Below are positions 41,479 to 52,300 of a stretch of 64,000 bases of DNA, one piece after another (within the stretch, counting starts at the first letter, position 1; every line of letters starts with the position of its first letter). Below the pieces are notes generated by a model. It did not search any database. It saw only the letters and a program-made list of their open reading frames with translations, and was not told the origin of the DNA. Position numbers and translations under genes: made by a program. Source of the stretch: Nostoc sp. (GTDB lineage: Bacteria; Cyanobacteriota; Cyanobacteriia; Cyanobacteriales; Nostocaceae); NCBI GenBank assembly GCA_036918135.1, contig JBALDB010000007.1:32001-96000 (forward strand), written 5' to 3'.

Positions 41479-41997
41479 TGGCGTATTCTTACAGATTTTG
41501 GAGAACCAGACCAATAAATTGTCTGAGAAGTTTTTCTACGAGAGTTTGACATGATATCATGTCCGATTGAATACTTACAGCAGTTTGCAAATAAATGAGG
41601 TACACAACTGGAGAATTCAATATAGAAATTATTCTTTTCCCTCCAGCATAGCTGCCTTCTGCCTCCTGCCTCAAAACCATTAACTCTGTACTTCATGCAA
41701 ATCAAAACTGCTGTATGATATCTGTGAGGGTCGATAATGGGTAATGGGTAATGGGGAAGAAAAACATAACTGTTCACCTCTTGCCAATTATCAATTACTA
41801 ATTACCAAAAAGACCAACCATATTGTAAGTAATTAGCCGAACTTGGTATGATACTTCCATTTTTCTCGGCTAGTCTGCCTAGAAGGAAAAATCAACAAAG
41901 GGCTTAAGCCCCTTGTTTTAACCCACGCAGGTAGGTTTTGTTTATCAGACGCGGTTAGAAACCGCCCTTTTAACTTTGATTTGGAATTTTGAATTGT

Positions 41998-43284
41998 TTA
42001 TGACTCATCTAAGCGCCGTTGCCATTCAGCTTCCATTTGTGCAGAACGTTCAACTTCCTGTTCTAGTAAATCAGTTTCGGTAGAGTATACTAAGTCTTCA
42101 TTGCCAATGACTTTTTCATTTGCAAACTGATGTGCAAAGTCAAGCTTTTGCTGCAAAGAACTATCCGCACTTGCTAATAGCCTAGCGCGAGAAAGGCGAT
42201 CGCGGTTGCGTGCAGCAATTTTTTGATTGCGCCACTGAATCCAAAAATAACGCAATAAAGGTATACCCAAAAAACCGACTCCGTAAGCCAATAGCAGCCA
42301 ATAAATTCCTTGGACAAAAGCTACCAGTCCGCCTAATTGAGCAGCAGCCGTACCATCTCTCAATAAATTTCCTAGTACTAAAGCACCAACAAAATTGAGT
42401 ATACCCAAGCCAGCACTGAGCATAATTTGTCCTGAACCTGCGGCACTAAAGCGCCAGGGAAATTCTTCTAAGTAAACTGATATTGAACGACGGCGCTTTT
42501 TAGCTGCACTTACCTGCAACTCTGGGAAGTAATATATAATTTGCCCTTGATCGCTGACAGATGGTTGTCCATTAAATCGCGTCAGAACAGGCAGCATATA
42601 ATCTTCGTAATCTCTTTTATATCCCTCGCCAATGTCATCGAGATACGGAGAAATTTGTTCGGCTACCACTGCGCCTCGGTTACTCCTAATCACTGTAGCA
42701 ATTTCTTGCCAGCGACGTTCTTCTAAGTTAGCGTTGGGATTACCATCACCAAATAAAAACGAAAACACAGCTTCAAAGAAATTCAAATCGCTTTGTTCTC
42801 GTCTTTCATATCGCCGTTGCTGGTAGTGAGTATTATAATCTGGGCTAAAATACCAGAAGAAATCTGGGAAAAAGAAGAATCCACCACCGAAATTACTGCC
42901 CCGATTATCGCTATCACGGTCTGAATTGGCAGCGGTAATGATAATAATGATGGTAATAGTTATTAGGGCGATGGAAACAGTTAATAAAATTCCAAAAGAA
43001 ATACGAATTAGGTAAAACAGAACACTCCAGACTTTTTTCCACCATTCCTGCAATCGTAACTGGAAGTATTTATTACGTAAAATTAAGCGGAAATTTTTTG
43101 GAAATAGGTAAACGATATCACCCGAATCTGCTACTTGTAAATGTCCGCCAGCATCAGATGCTAGGGCTAATAACCCTTGATTAGCTTCAGCGACGTTCAA
43201 TCCTGCCTGAGTTGCCACATCACCGACGGTGACACGGTAACCCAGTTGTTCCACTGCTTGCATGATGGTGGGATTAAGACTCAT
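41998..43284 (-). CDS. Conserved cyanobacterial membrane protein
   Basis: RVTVGDVA, LASDAGGHLQV, VFSFLFGDGNPN motifs recalled from a cyanobacterial/plastid family; intact ORF with GGAG RBS. Confidence 0.8.
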   Translation of the reverse strand: MSLNPTIMQAVEQLGYRVTVGDVATQAGLNVAEANQGLLALASDAGGHLQVADSGDIVYLFPKNFRLILRNKYFQLRLQEWWKKVWSVLFYLIRISFGILLTVSIALITITIIIIITAANSDRDSDNRGSNFGGGFFFFPDFFWYFSPDYNTHYQQRRYERREQSDLNFFEAVFSFLFGDGNPNANLEERRWQEIATVIRSNRGAVVAEQISPYLDDIGEGYKRDYEDYMLPVLTRFNGQPSVSDQGQIIYYFPELQVSAAKKRRRSISVYLEEFPWRFSAAGSGQIMLSAGLGILNFVGALVLGNLLRDGTAAAQLGGLVAFVQGIYWLLLAYGVGFLGIPLLRYFWIQWRNQKIAARNRDRLSRARLLASADSSLQQKLDFAHQFANEKVIGNEDLVYSTETDLLEQEVERSAQMEAEWQRRLDES

Positions 43285-43444
43285 TCCTCTCCCCTCCTGC
43301 GAAAATATATTCTTCTTTTTTAAGTATAAAGTTTTATTTTCAACGACTTGTCAATGCCTGAAATAAACTCACAAATAACTGGACACATAATATGTTAAAA
43401 TGATTTTCCTTGGTTTAATTAACCAGCAAGTTTTCTGTCTAAAT

Positions 43445-43924
43445 ATGGTTCAGTACACTCTCGCTCAAAGTCCAGAAATTATCCTCACTGTCTCTGGAAA
43501 AGATTCAGCCAAAGCCCGTGACAAAGCGATGGATCAGTTGATGGAACTGATGGATGCAGGTAAGCTTTCTACGGAACTCGAAGAAGGGTTTGGTCCTCAA
43601 CAATTGATTGAGGTTAAAGAGTCAAGTATTGATACTGCTAACGGTGAAGATACCATTACCCAAGCTGTTCAGATTCTGAGTAACTTAGCCACGCTCAAAC
43701 TAAAAGTTCAAGAGTCACGAGCCGAAGCCTTGGAAATTCGGAAAGCAGTTGATGTTCTGTTCACCGATGAGTCAGTGAATGAAGAGGAAATTACTCGACT
43801 TAAGGAAGGCTTTAAAGTTCTAAAAAATTTTGCTCAAGCTAATGTGCGTTACCAGGAAGCACGAATTAAAGCAGAAGAAGCTCGGCAGATTTTAGATCGA
43901 GCTCTTCATACGCCTGACAAGTAA
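43445..43924 (+). CDS. Conserved hypothetical protein
   Basis: Intact helical ORF; ATG at 43445 preferred. Confidence 0.75.
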   Translation: MVQYTLAQSPEIILTVSGKDSAKARDKAMDQLMELMDAGKLSTELEEGFGPQQLIEVKESSIDTANGEDTITQAVQILSNLATLKLKVQESRAEALEIRKAVDVLFTDESVNEEEITRLKEGFKVLKNFAQANVRYQEARIKAEEARQILDRALHTPDK

Positions 43925-43965
43925 TCCTAGAACAATTAATCTTTATTTATCTAAATCTAAATGCA

Positions 43966-43993
43966 AAAAGACAGACATAGAAGCCTGTCTTTT
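43966..43993. terminator. Bidirectional hairpin terminator between convergent genes
   Basis: AAAAGACAG...CTGTCTTTT. Confidence 0.6.
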
Positions 43994-43999
43994 GCCTGA

Positions 44000-44071
44000 C
44001 TGGGGCGCTAGGATTCGAACCTAGGGATGGCGGGACCAAAACCCGCTGCCTTACCACTTGGCTACGCCCCA
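44000..44071 (-). tRNA. trnQ: tRNA-Gln (anticodon TTG)
   Basis: TGGGGCGTAGCCAAGTGGTAAGGCAGCGGGTTTTGGTCCCGCCATCCCTAGGTTCGAATCCTAGCGCCCCAG folds as a cloverleaf; CCA not encoded. Confidence 0.97.
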
Positions 44072-44549
44072 ACAACTTCACCCTACTTAATATAACAGTT
44101 AGTCATGGGTTAATGTCAAGTACTTTAATAGTTAATTTGAAATCGTCAGTTTTTACATGCACAGAGTAGACGACCCTAGCCCCTTTACTGTTGAAAGCTG
44201 TATTCTAGATAACATTAGGCTTCTTTGTGGTTCAATATTCAAAAATTCGACTAATACAAGACATCCTATGAACTGCGCTCATAAAGAGCAATGAAAATTT
44301 CTTCTCTTTACTCTCTACTCCCCATTACTAATTTTCAACCTAGTCATTCACAAAAAAATTCCACAACTAAGTATAAAAAACGAATATATCTTACTTTTAT
44401 CTTTGCTTTTTATAACTAAATTTATTCTTATCCAGCGCTTGTTAATCTGTCATCAGAAGTATCTTCAAAAATCAAATAGCAGTCCTATAGATAGGCGATG
44501 CGCTTAAAAAAGTTCTGCCTCAAGCATTACACAGGTTTTTATCAAAAAA

Positions 44550-45395
44550 TTAATCAATCTCAATTAATTCGAGTTCAATTTTTTGTCCAGTTAAAAAGTG
44601 TAACATCTTAACTATTTTAATCAGTAAAACTATTGAATAGCTACTTTCTGATTTGGTAAGTATCCAATTACTTGTTTTAGTAGAAAACATCGCTTTACCT
44701 ATAAGCATACCTCTGAACTTTTGAAGGATTGTATAATTAGCAGTTTTGAATACTGTACCACAGTTAGGTGCTATATTATCTTGATGTTCTTTTGCCCAAA
44801 GTTGTCTTGAAATTATCGGATTTTCAGTAAATTCTATTCGTTCAAACTGGAAGACTGCACTCAATATCAGTTTTGAGTGCATACCAGTAAATATAGTTTG
44901 TCGATAATCTTGTACAATTTGGCTCTTATCAAGTGTTTTTATACATCCATCCTCAAAGAAGGTTACGCTTTCAACAAAGTCGTATATTGTACATCCATAT
45001 TGCCTTCCTCTACCAGCATTCATTGCTAATGCACCACCAATAGTTGCTGGTACAGACGCAAGATAATAAAAAGAATTCATTGAGTTTTGGTAACAGTACT
45101 TTAATACTTCCATAACCGAAATAGAAGAAGAAACTTCTAATTTATTTTCAGCTAGAGGATTTATGTACTTAGGTAGTTTATTTTTTAAAACCAATGATTG
45201 AATATTCTTTCTCACAAATAGGGTGTTAGAGCCGTTTCCAATTATGTAAATATTTACTTTATTTTCTTTAGCCAAATTACAGTATTCTTGCAGCTCGTCA
45301 ACACTAGTAATCTCTCCTACTCGCTCAAAGTGATGTCGAGTTCTATAGTGTGAAAGACTATTTGATGTTAAAGATTTAATCTTTAAATTAGACAT
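44550..45395 (-). CDS. Divergent MurB-like FAD-dependent enolpyruvyl reductase paralog
   Basis: IGNGSNTL, VPATIGGALAMNAG, YRQTIF, PNCGTVFK, C-terminal ELEL; 281 aa. Confidence 0.8.
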   Translation of the reverse strand: MSNLKIKSLTSNSLSHYRTRHHFERVGEITSVDELQEYCNLAKENKVNIYIIGNGSNTLFVRKNIQSLVLKNKLPKYINPLAENKLEVSSSISVMEVLKYCYQNSMNSFYYLASVPATIGGALAMNAGRGRQYGCTIYDFVESVTFFEDGCIKTLDKSQIVQDYRQTIFTGMHSKLILSAVFQFERIEFTENPIISRQLWAKEHQDNIAPNCGTVFKTANYTILQKFRGMLIGKAMFSTKTSNWILTKSESSYSIVLLIKIVKMLHFLTGQKIELELIEID

Positions 45396-45418
45396 ATTAA
45401 TTTTTACTCCTGATTACA

Positions 45419-46510
45419 TTATGCATTACTTTTACTATTCGCTTTTTCTTGTGAAATTGCTTCAATTAAATATTTTTTGGATTCATTGATTTTTGTTTCT
45501 AGTATTTTAGATACTGATTCATAATCAATATCAAATATTTCTTTATTAAGTAATTTAGTTTTTTGCTCGACTGAAAATATCCGGTTTTCTAATTGTAAAT
45601 CAATGAGTAAATCTGTTACTTTATTATTTTTATCACTCCTAACCAATACACTAAAAGGTTTATTAAAAATAATAGAAAATATAGTGCCGTGAAAAGTATT
45701 AGTCATGATATAATCTGCTTGGCTATATAGCCCAACCCATTCTCCTGGACTAGCACTTTCTAAATTGATTTGTGCTAATCGATTAGGTTGATCGACTGAA
45801 ACTATAGTTAGATTTTCAGATTTTGCCAGTAATTTTATAAACTCTTCTTCCTCTGGTTCTATTTCACCATGCATATATAATAAAAGATATTTATCTTGAA
45901 TTTTTGGAGTAATTTTAATAGTGTTATAATTAATTAGAAAAGTAGGATCTAAAACTTTTCTCGCTTCTCGATCGCATTCCTTATTAATAAGTTTTAAACT
46001 ATTAGAATCACGAACTAAAATAGTTTGAAATTGATTAATTAGATCGGATATTTGTTTTTGATAACTTCTTAGAGTTACTGTATTACCAAAACTTGCAGCA
46101 TAACTTATCTTCCGAGTAGTTTGATTGCTAACAAAATCTAAAAAAAAAGCAGAATCAAAACTTCTAATCGAATCTATACACCATACTTGGTCACTGCCAC
46201 ATATTACTACGTCATACTTATCATGATAGTATTGTAAGCCTTTTTGATTGTAAAATTTTTTATGGCTCAATTTCACATGAGAAAGTAAGAATTGTCTCAT
46301 TTTCCAAGCTCTGGGAATATTGACAAAGACTTTTTTTATATTTTTGAGCGGAATTAAAGGTCTGAGATATATCCATACTATCTTTATCGGTCGATAGTCT
46401 ATTATTTCAACATCATAGCCTTGGCTATTAAGAAAACTCCACAGCGCACAAGCTTGGAGTGTTGCTCCATAATTATTGACATGGTGAAAAGTTAAAATTC
46501 CAATTTTCAT
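45419..46510 (-). CDS. Polysaccharide pyruvyl transferase family protein
   Basis: TFHHVNNYGATLQ, GSDQVW, SYAASFG, VRD, LDPTFL, TFHGTIFSI motifs. Confidence 0.9.
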   Translation of the reverse strand: MKIGILTFHHVNNYGATLQACALWSFLNSQGYDVEIIDYRPIKIVWIYLRPLIPLKNIKKVFVNIPRAWKMRQFLLSHVKLSHKKFYNQKGLQYYHDKYDVVICGSDQVWCIDSIRSFDSAFFLDFVSNQTTRKISYAASFGNTVTLRSYQKQISDLINQFQTILVRDSNSLKLINKECDREARKVLDPTFLINYNTIKITPKIQDKYLLLYMHGEIEPEEEEFIKLLAKSENLTIVSVDQPNRLAQINLESASPGEWVGLYSQADYIMTNTFHGTIFSIIFNKPFSVLVRSDKNNKVTDLLIDLQLENRIFSVEQKTKLLNKEIFDIDYESVSKILETKINESKKYLIEAISQEKANSKSNA

Positions 46511-47066
46511 CTTTGCTCTCTTTAGATAAACTATAAATTCAATATCAAATCAACGGCTCTTACTAATCGTTCTGGTTATTTCTGCAATCTACAAAACCCA
46601 CGTAGAACCTTGGTTTTTGTATATCTTTTGATTAAAAAAAATCTGCACAAATACAATAAAAATAGATACTCATGCAACTCAACTAAAAGTTTTTTGATTA
46701 ACTAACCGATTAAGAGGAAGGAAATAACTATAAAAACCATTTGGTATTTTTAACTTTTTATAGTAGTCAAAATTTCATTTGTAAAACCTTTAGTTTCATA
46801 AGTTAAATTTATATTTTGCTATTTTTAGTAGAGGAATTTTAATTAAATTAAAATTAGCTAATTTTTGGAAATCTCAAATTTAATTTCATTATTTAACAAT
46901 TTTTCTCAAAATACTCTCTATTTTTAGGAATTCTTCTTTACAAGAAGCTTATCACAATATTTTTGTAAAATATAGTCATTCAATAAAATTTTTATAGAAA
47001 ATTCACTGAAAATTCAGTCTTTTATAATTTTGAATAAAACAGCAATCTCTTTTATTCTAGGGTTTC

Positions 47067-47864
47067 TTAATCTCCAGTCTCTTGCAGAAAGACCGCTCCA
47101 ATACGACTTGATGATAGTAGTTGCTTAGTAGCTAACCAGATAAATAGGGGAATAGTTTTAGAATAACGACCACAAAGCCTACGTGGTTCTTGAATCCATC
47201 GATATAGCCATTCAAGTCCTAAGTCTCGAATTATCCGGGGTGCGCGCTTGTGAATTCCTGCATAAACTGGGAAAACTCCACCCAGTCCAATCATCACGGC
47301 TTGTATTTTGCCTTTATGCTGAGCTATCCAATTTTCTTGTTTTGGACATCCTAGAGATACTAAGACAGCGTTGGCGCCACTAGAGTTAATCTTTTGAATC
47401 AAAGCTTCATCTTCGCTTTCAGTCAGGGGACGAAAAGGTAGAGGTTCCATAGCTGCAATCTTCATTTGAGGAAATTCTCGCTCTAACCTTTTTTCCATCC
47501 TAGAAAGAATCTCTATTTGGGAACCTAAAAAGAAAATACTGAGATTTTCTATTTGAGATAACTGACACAATGCTAAAAAAATATCCATCCCCGCTACACG
47601 ATCTTGATAGGACGATCCCATTTTTCGCATCATCCACACAAGAGGCATACCATCAGGAGTAACTATATCTGCATTTCGTAATAGGCTGGCAAACTCTGGA
47701 TTCCAATGAGCTTCAATCAGCATATGTACATTTGCTACGTATACACTTTTACTCTCACGCTGACTTGCCCACTTCAGTATTATTTGCACTTGGTCGTTAA
47801 AGCGTAGAGCTGTAATAGGAAAATCAAGCACTTTTTGAGTAGGTAGAAGCACTCTTGCCATCAT
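47067..47864 (-). CDS. WecB/TagA/CpsF family glycosyltransferase (GT26)
   Basis: ANVH, TPDGMP, DRVAGMD, SLGCPKQE, GLEWLYR..EPRRL..RY; start uncertain (47864 or 47912). Confidence 0.92.
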   Translation of the reverse strand: MMARVLLPTQKVLDFPITALRFNDQVQIILKWASQRESKSVYVANVHMLIEAHWNPEFASLLRNADIVTPDGMPLVWMMRKMGSSYQDRVAGMDIFLALCQLSQIENLSIFFLGSQIEILSRMEKRLEREFPQMKIAAMEPLPFRPLTESEDEALIQKINSSGANAVLVSLGCPKQENWIAQHKGKIQAVMIGLGGVFPVYAGIHKRAPRIIRDLGLEWLYRWIQEPRRLCGRYSKTIPLFIWLATKQLLSSSRIGAVFLQETGD

Positions 47865-48523
47865 AAATAACTCCTGTGTCCAAGAAAAGAATCCATAGAT
47901 TACCTCGACCATTCTGAATAATAAACTATTCAGATTAGATAACTCCTAGCCTTTTGTAGGCTTGTGTCATCGTTGGAAGTTAACACATGGAGATGCAATT
48001 GCCTTCTCAGTACACTTTTGGCTTTCTTGGTAATACTAGAATTATTTGCTGTTGTGTTTTAGTTTACTGGTTTAATCAGGAGATTTCAGACGCTGTTTGA
48101 CAAAATTCATACTTCCTTCACAATTAATTTTTGATTGATTCATGCAAGCATTACAATTGCGATAAATTACTTTATATTATAGATAATTTGGCGTTAAATT
48201 TACTACATTTTATCAATTTAAAGTCAAGAAAAATACCAAAGAGTTAGTTTGATAATTTTAGATGTGAGCATGTATTTCAAAGGTTGGATTGTAATTATTG
48301 AGTGGTCAGTGCAATTATAGCTAACTCGCGAGGGCTGTAATTTTTTCTTTATCAATAGTCATTGATAAGGGTTTTAAGCTTGTTGGCATTTCGTAATTTA
48401 ATTGGGTTTATTCCGACCAACTGACTTATTTCAAAAATAGAATAATGATTTTTTATAGTTTTTTTAGTTATTACAGACTGAATTCAAAGTCTGTATTGAC
48501 GAATTTATAATTTTTATCTCTTG

Positions 48524-48730
48524 CTAAAAACAGTAACTAAAAAATAAGGGGAAGATAAGTTTATCTTCCCCCACTCTATGATTTTTGCTCTCACCTGGCT
48601 TGTTATCTTCCTTAAGTCTTTGCAGTAACATTTGTCTTTGTTTCTTAAGTTGCCGCTTCCTGGCAGAACCGCCTCTACCTTTATCGTTCCTACCTTCTTT
48701 ACGGGGAGATTCCCATCTTTTTAGTCGCAT
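48524..48730 (-). CDS. Small basic hypothetical protein
   Basis: ATG with AAGG RBS; Lys/Arg-rich 68 aa. Confidence 0.6.
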   Translation of the reverse strand: MRLKRWESPRKEGRNDKGRGGSARKRQLKKQRQMLLQRLKEDNKPGESKNHRVGEDKLIFPLFFSYCF

Positions 48731-49094
48731 AATTTTTAACCTTTTTGATAATAAAAATTGATTTACATATAAAATTATACACTATAGTGTCTAGGCTTGC
48801 AAGCAAATATTGAATTATTTTTTCACTAAAGTAATATGCCTTAATACATATAATAACACAAATTTTCGAGTAATTTCTTCTGCTGAATCAAGGGATCGCG
48901 TCGTCGAGATACATCACCTAACTAAAAATTTGTGATAAACCTAACATCGAACCAAGCAATACATCCTCTGCCGATCAACTAGCAGGCGATCGCAAAATCT
49001 CAACATCTTTTCCTGAGCAGTAAATTTCTACCCCTTGGTTCTCTTGGTCAATTAGCCAACCTAGCTCAACTTTTCAGAAAATCCAAAATCGGTA

Positions 49095-49391
49095 CTACTC
49101 CCAAGTAGACACATATCGCAGCACATCCGGAATTTCTCCTTGAGACAAAGGAAACTCTAACACAGTCTCTCTATAACCTAAATACCCAGATTCAGCAAAC
49201 GATAACAGCATTCGCGAAAGTGCCAGCCAAACCTCTGGTTCGTATTCCCAATCACGATAACGCGAAGCTTGACCAGCAATTGAACGTAGCGCCCAGAAAT
49301 AAGAATTTCTGACCACAGAACCACCCTTTTTAAACTCTGGCAAATCTTCATGGTGGATAAAAAGTATTTTATTTTCAATTCTGGCTCTCAT
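49095..49391 (-). CDS. Conserved hypothetical protein
   Basis: Intact ORF; ATG at 49391 preferred, upstream extension runs through an STRR-like tract. Confidence 0.7.
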   Translation of the reverse strand: MRARIENKILFIHHEDLPEFKKGGSVVRNSYFWALRSIAGQASRYRDWEYEPEVWLALSRMLLSFAESGYLGYRETVLEFPLSQGEIPDVLRYVSTWE

Positions 49392-49613
49392 GAAAATTTT
49401 GGATTTGAGATTTTGGATTCGCAATTAAAAGTAAATCTTAAGTAGAGTGGAATAACACTTAATTAAGTAAAAGTTGTTGCTCAGATTCCCGACTTATATA
49501 AAAAGTTGGGGAGCTAAATCTAGCTGAAGTAAGTAAATTTTAAGTAAGATGCGTTAGCAGCTCTAATATTGTTGATGATTATAAATAATATAGCGATTTT
49601 CATTTGTACACAG

Positions 49614-49641
49614 GTAGGGTAGCACAGTTGTACTATCCTAC
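49614..49641. repeat. REP-like palindromic hairpin
   Basis: GTAGGGTAGCACAGTTGTACTATCCTAC, related to 121-152. Confidence 0.55.
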
Positions 49642-49656
49642 TATGTTCATATTTAC

Positions 49657-51762
49657 CTACAAACTTGAGCTTAAACCTACACGAAAAGTAAAACCAGGGC
49701 TATATATGCGATTAACTCGCTCATATTGCTCACCTAGTAGATTTTCTAAGTAAACTGTGAGTCCTAAATTGCTAGTTAGAGGTATACGACCAGTGAAATC
49801 TAAATTCACAAAAGATGGTGCAAAATCTGTAATTTTGTCACCAGGGTTATTAAAAATAGATCTGCGAGCGCCACTGTTGTAAGTAATATATAAGTTAGCT
49901 TGCCAACCTGAATTTTGATAACCAATACCAGTTTGAAGTACAGAGTAAGGAATTAAACCTAACTGTAAACCTCTTTCTGAGCCTGTTTTGATTTGGGCAT
50001 CTGTATAAGTATAGTTGAGAAAAGTTGACCAGCCAGCAGCAATTTTTAATTGCAATGCAGCTTCTAAACCATTGGTATCTACTAATCCAATGTTTTCCCA
50101 TCTTCCTGCGATAACTCCCAGGCGATCGCGTATACTACTACCAAAGTAAGTAAACTGTCCAATCAAATTGTGAGAAAATTTGACATCTACTCCCGCAGTC
50201 CAAGTGGAGCCCACTTCTGGCTCTAAATTAGGGTTAGGTTCCCAACCATGAACCGTATCATAAACATATAACTGATCTAACCCAGGATTGCGTTGCCCTC
50301 CAGCCCAACTTCCACGCACTGCTACTATTGGTGTAACGGCATAACGTAAACCAACACTAGGATTAAGATAATTTCCAAACTCGCTGTCAAAGCTTTGTCG
50401 TAGTCCTAAATCTACCAGAAAACTTTCACCAATATTCAAAGTATTGACAGCAAATAAAGCTGTATTGAATAAACTTCTATTTTCAGTTTCGTTATTACCA
50501 ATTCTACTAGGAATTGTACTTAAAACATCACCATTTAAGTCGGTGTTTTTCAAATCTAAACCCCAACGCAATTTATTATTGGCAGTAATTTTCCATTCAT
50601 GATCTACTCTGGCTGTGAGTTGTTGTGTATCTAAAACTCCTGTACGATAAAAAGCTCCTGTTGGGCCATAGGTACTGAAATAATCTTGGTTATAACCAAT
50701 TGAAGTTGTCAGATTAGAACTTTCCCCATTACCGAGCCGAGTTTTCCAAGATAAGCCAATATTTAAACCATCGTGGTCTAATCTGTCTTGCTGAAGAGGA
50801 AAACCGAAATAAATTAGACCGCGACGACTGCTGAGTTTAGTAATATCTAAATTTAAAGAATTTTTTTTATCTAAATCTAGACCAATATTACCAAAGTAAG
50901 TACTTGTAGCGGTGTCTGCATTCGATAAATACCCTTGGCTATCACGATTTGCTGCACCTACAGGAATGCGATAACGGTTATCTGTAAAGAACCTTTCAAA
51001 GCTAAAATTGTATTTTACAGAACTAGCCGATCCACCATAAGTTACTTGTTGATTATTTAAACTTAATGAGCCAAATTCTGTACTACCAGAAAATTTCGGT
51101 TGTCCATAACCTTCTTTGGTAATAATATTTACAACTCCCCCAAAGGCTGAGGAACCATACAAAGCCGAAGCTGTTCCGCTATATAATTCTACTCGCTCAA
51201 TAGCTTCTACAGGAATACTATTTAAATCAGTCCCACCATGATAAGTGTTAACATTATTGTTAATTGGTCTGCCATTAATCAGAAATACAGACTGATTAAT
51301 TGAGGCTCCCCGGTAGTATGTTCCTGTGTGAGTATCTGCACCATGACCGACATCATTGATAGCAAAACCAGGCATTCTTTTCAAAACATCAGCTAAACTG
51401 GTTGCACCTTGCTTTTCAATTTCTTCTTTTTCAATTACGTAAGTTGGTGTAGACTGAGGCAGATTGTCTGGTTCTGCGATCGCTTCTATGTTAATATCTG
51501 CATTATCGCTAGGTTCTGACTCGATTACTGGTTGAGTTTCTGGCTCAATTTCATTCTGTGCAGGTTGTTGAGTTAATAATTCAGCATTAGTGATGGGTAG
51601 CTTAATTTCACTCAAACTAGGAATATCTGAAATAGCTTCAGTTGATTTAACGGTATTTCTCTGCTTAATTTCAAGATCGTCAGCAAAGCCAGGAAATGCT
51701 ATCAGTAAACTCGGTAAACCTACTGTTAGCAACAAAAAATCTTTTTTCACCTTTTCTTTCAC
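49657..51762 (-). CDS. TonB-dependent receptor
   Basis: Plug (LINGRP, IERVELYSG..SALYGSSAFGGVVNIITK), NPNLEPE, C-terminal ENLLGEQY..PGFTFRVG. Confidence 0.92.
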   Translation of the reverse strand: MKEKVKKDFLLLTVGLPSLLIAFPGFADDLEIKQRNTVKSTEAISDIPSLSEIKLPITNAELLTQQPAQNEIEPETQPVIESEPSDNADINIEAIAEPDNLPQSTPTYVIEKEEIEKQGATSLADVLKRMPGFAINDVGHGADTHTGTYYRGASINQSVFLINGRPINNNVNTYHGGTDLNSIPVEAIERVELYSGTASALYGSSAFGGVVNIITKEGYGQPKFSGSTEFGSLSLNNQQVTYGGSASSVKYNFSFERFFTDNRYRIPVGAANRDSQGYLSNADTATSTYFGNIGLDLDKKNSLNLDITKLSSRRGLIYFGFPLQQDRLDHDGLNIGLSWKTRLGNGESSNLTTSIGYNQDYFSTYGPTGAFYRTGVLDTQQLTARVDHEWKITANNKLRWGLDLKNTDLNGDVLSTIPSRIGNNETENRSLFNTALFAVNTLNIGESFLVDLGLRQSFDSEFGNYLNPSVGLRYAVTPIVAVRGSWAGGQRNPGLDQLYVYDTVHGWEPNPNLEPEVGSTWTAGVDVKFSHNLIGQFTYFGSSIRDRLGVIAGRWENIGLVDTNGLEAALQLKIAAGWSTFLNYTYTDAQIKTGSERGLQLGLIPYSVLQTGIGYQNSGWQANLYITYNSGARRSIFNNPGDKITDFAPSFVNLDFTGRIPLTSNLGLTVYLENLLGEQYERVNRIYSPGFTFRVGLSSSL

Positions 51763-51814
51763 ACCAAGTCAAAATAGTTACCAAGTGTTATTGTTGCTAT
51801 AGTATTGAAATTGT

Positions 51815-51833
51815 GTCAAAAGACAGGCTGTCA
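51815..51833 (-). promoter_or_regulatory. GAC-N5-GTC (PetR-like) box abutting a TTGACA -35 element upstream of the TonB-dependent receptor
   Basis: Minus strand TGACAGCCTGTCTTTTGAC, 17/19 identical to the element upstream of petJ. Confidence 0.6.
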
Positions 51834-51891
51834 TATTTTCCTGGCTTCAGATTACAGACTGGCTAGAAAATTTTGAAGTCAGATTTTAGTT

Positions 51892-52227
51892 CTACTTCCA
51901 ATCTTTATCTGCTTGTGAAAGCACATAAGCAGTTACATCTTCAATCTGCTCGGGTTTTAAACGATTGCCAAAAGCAGGCATGGCATTTTTACCTTTTGTA
52001 ATTTGGGCAATAATCGCCTCTGCTGAGTACAAACCATATTTTTCCAAAGCCTCTTTCTTCAAGTTTTTATTAGCTTGAACTAAATTCTTGCCGCCTGCAT
52101 GACAAGAAGCACAATTACCACTAAATACTTTAGCTCCATTAGCAGCATCTGCGGCTAAAGCTGGACTACTAAAGGCAAAGATGAAGATTGCTATACCTAA
52201 CAATATGACTTTAATAATTTTTTTCAT
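51892..52227 (-). CDS. petJ: Cytochrome c6
   Basis: Signal peptide, [21 protein letters not shown]. Confidence 0.93.
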   Translation of the reverse strand: MKKIIKVILLGIAIFIFAFSSPALAADAANGAKVFSGNCASCHAGGKNLVQANKNLKKEALEKYGLYSAEAIIAQITKGKNAMPAFGNRLKPEQIEDVTAYVLSQADKDWK

Positions 52228-52300
52228 TTCGTGTTCTCTCTGCAATAACGGCTAATTCACTAGAATATCCTCCATAATTGTCAGTTGAGCCGCTGCTATA

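Noticed and set aside
44000..44071. tRNA-Gln as attachment site of an integrated element
   Set aside because: No integrase and no duplicated tRNA 3' end seen; the AT-rich genes lie on the tRNA's 5' side.
44550..45395. Housekeeping murB
   Set aside because: Divergent motifs, atypical composition and polysaccharide context instead of murC/ddl neighbours; cannot be fully excluded without the whole genome.
51763..51891. Cobalamin riboswitch before the TonB-dependent receptor
   Set aside because: The gap is only ~130 nt and lacks B12-box motifs.
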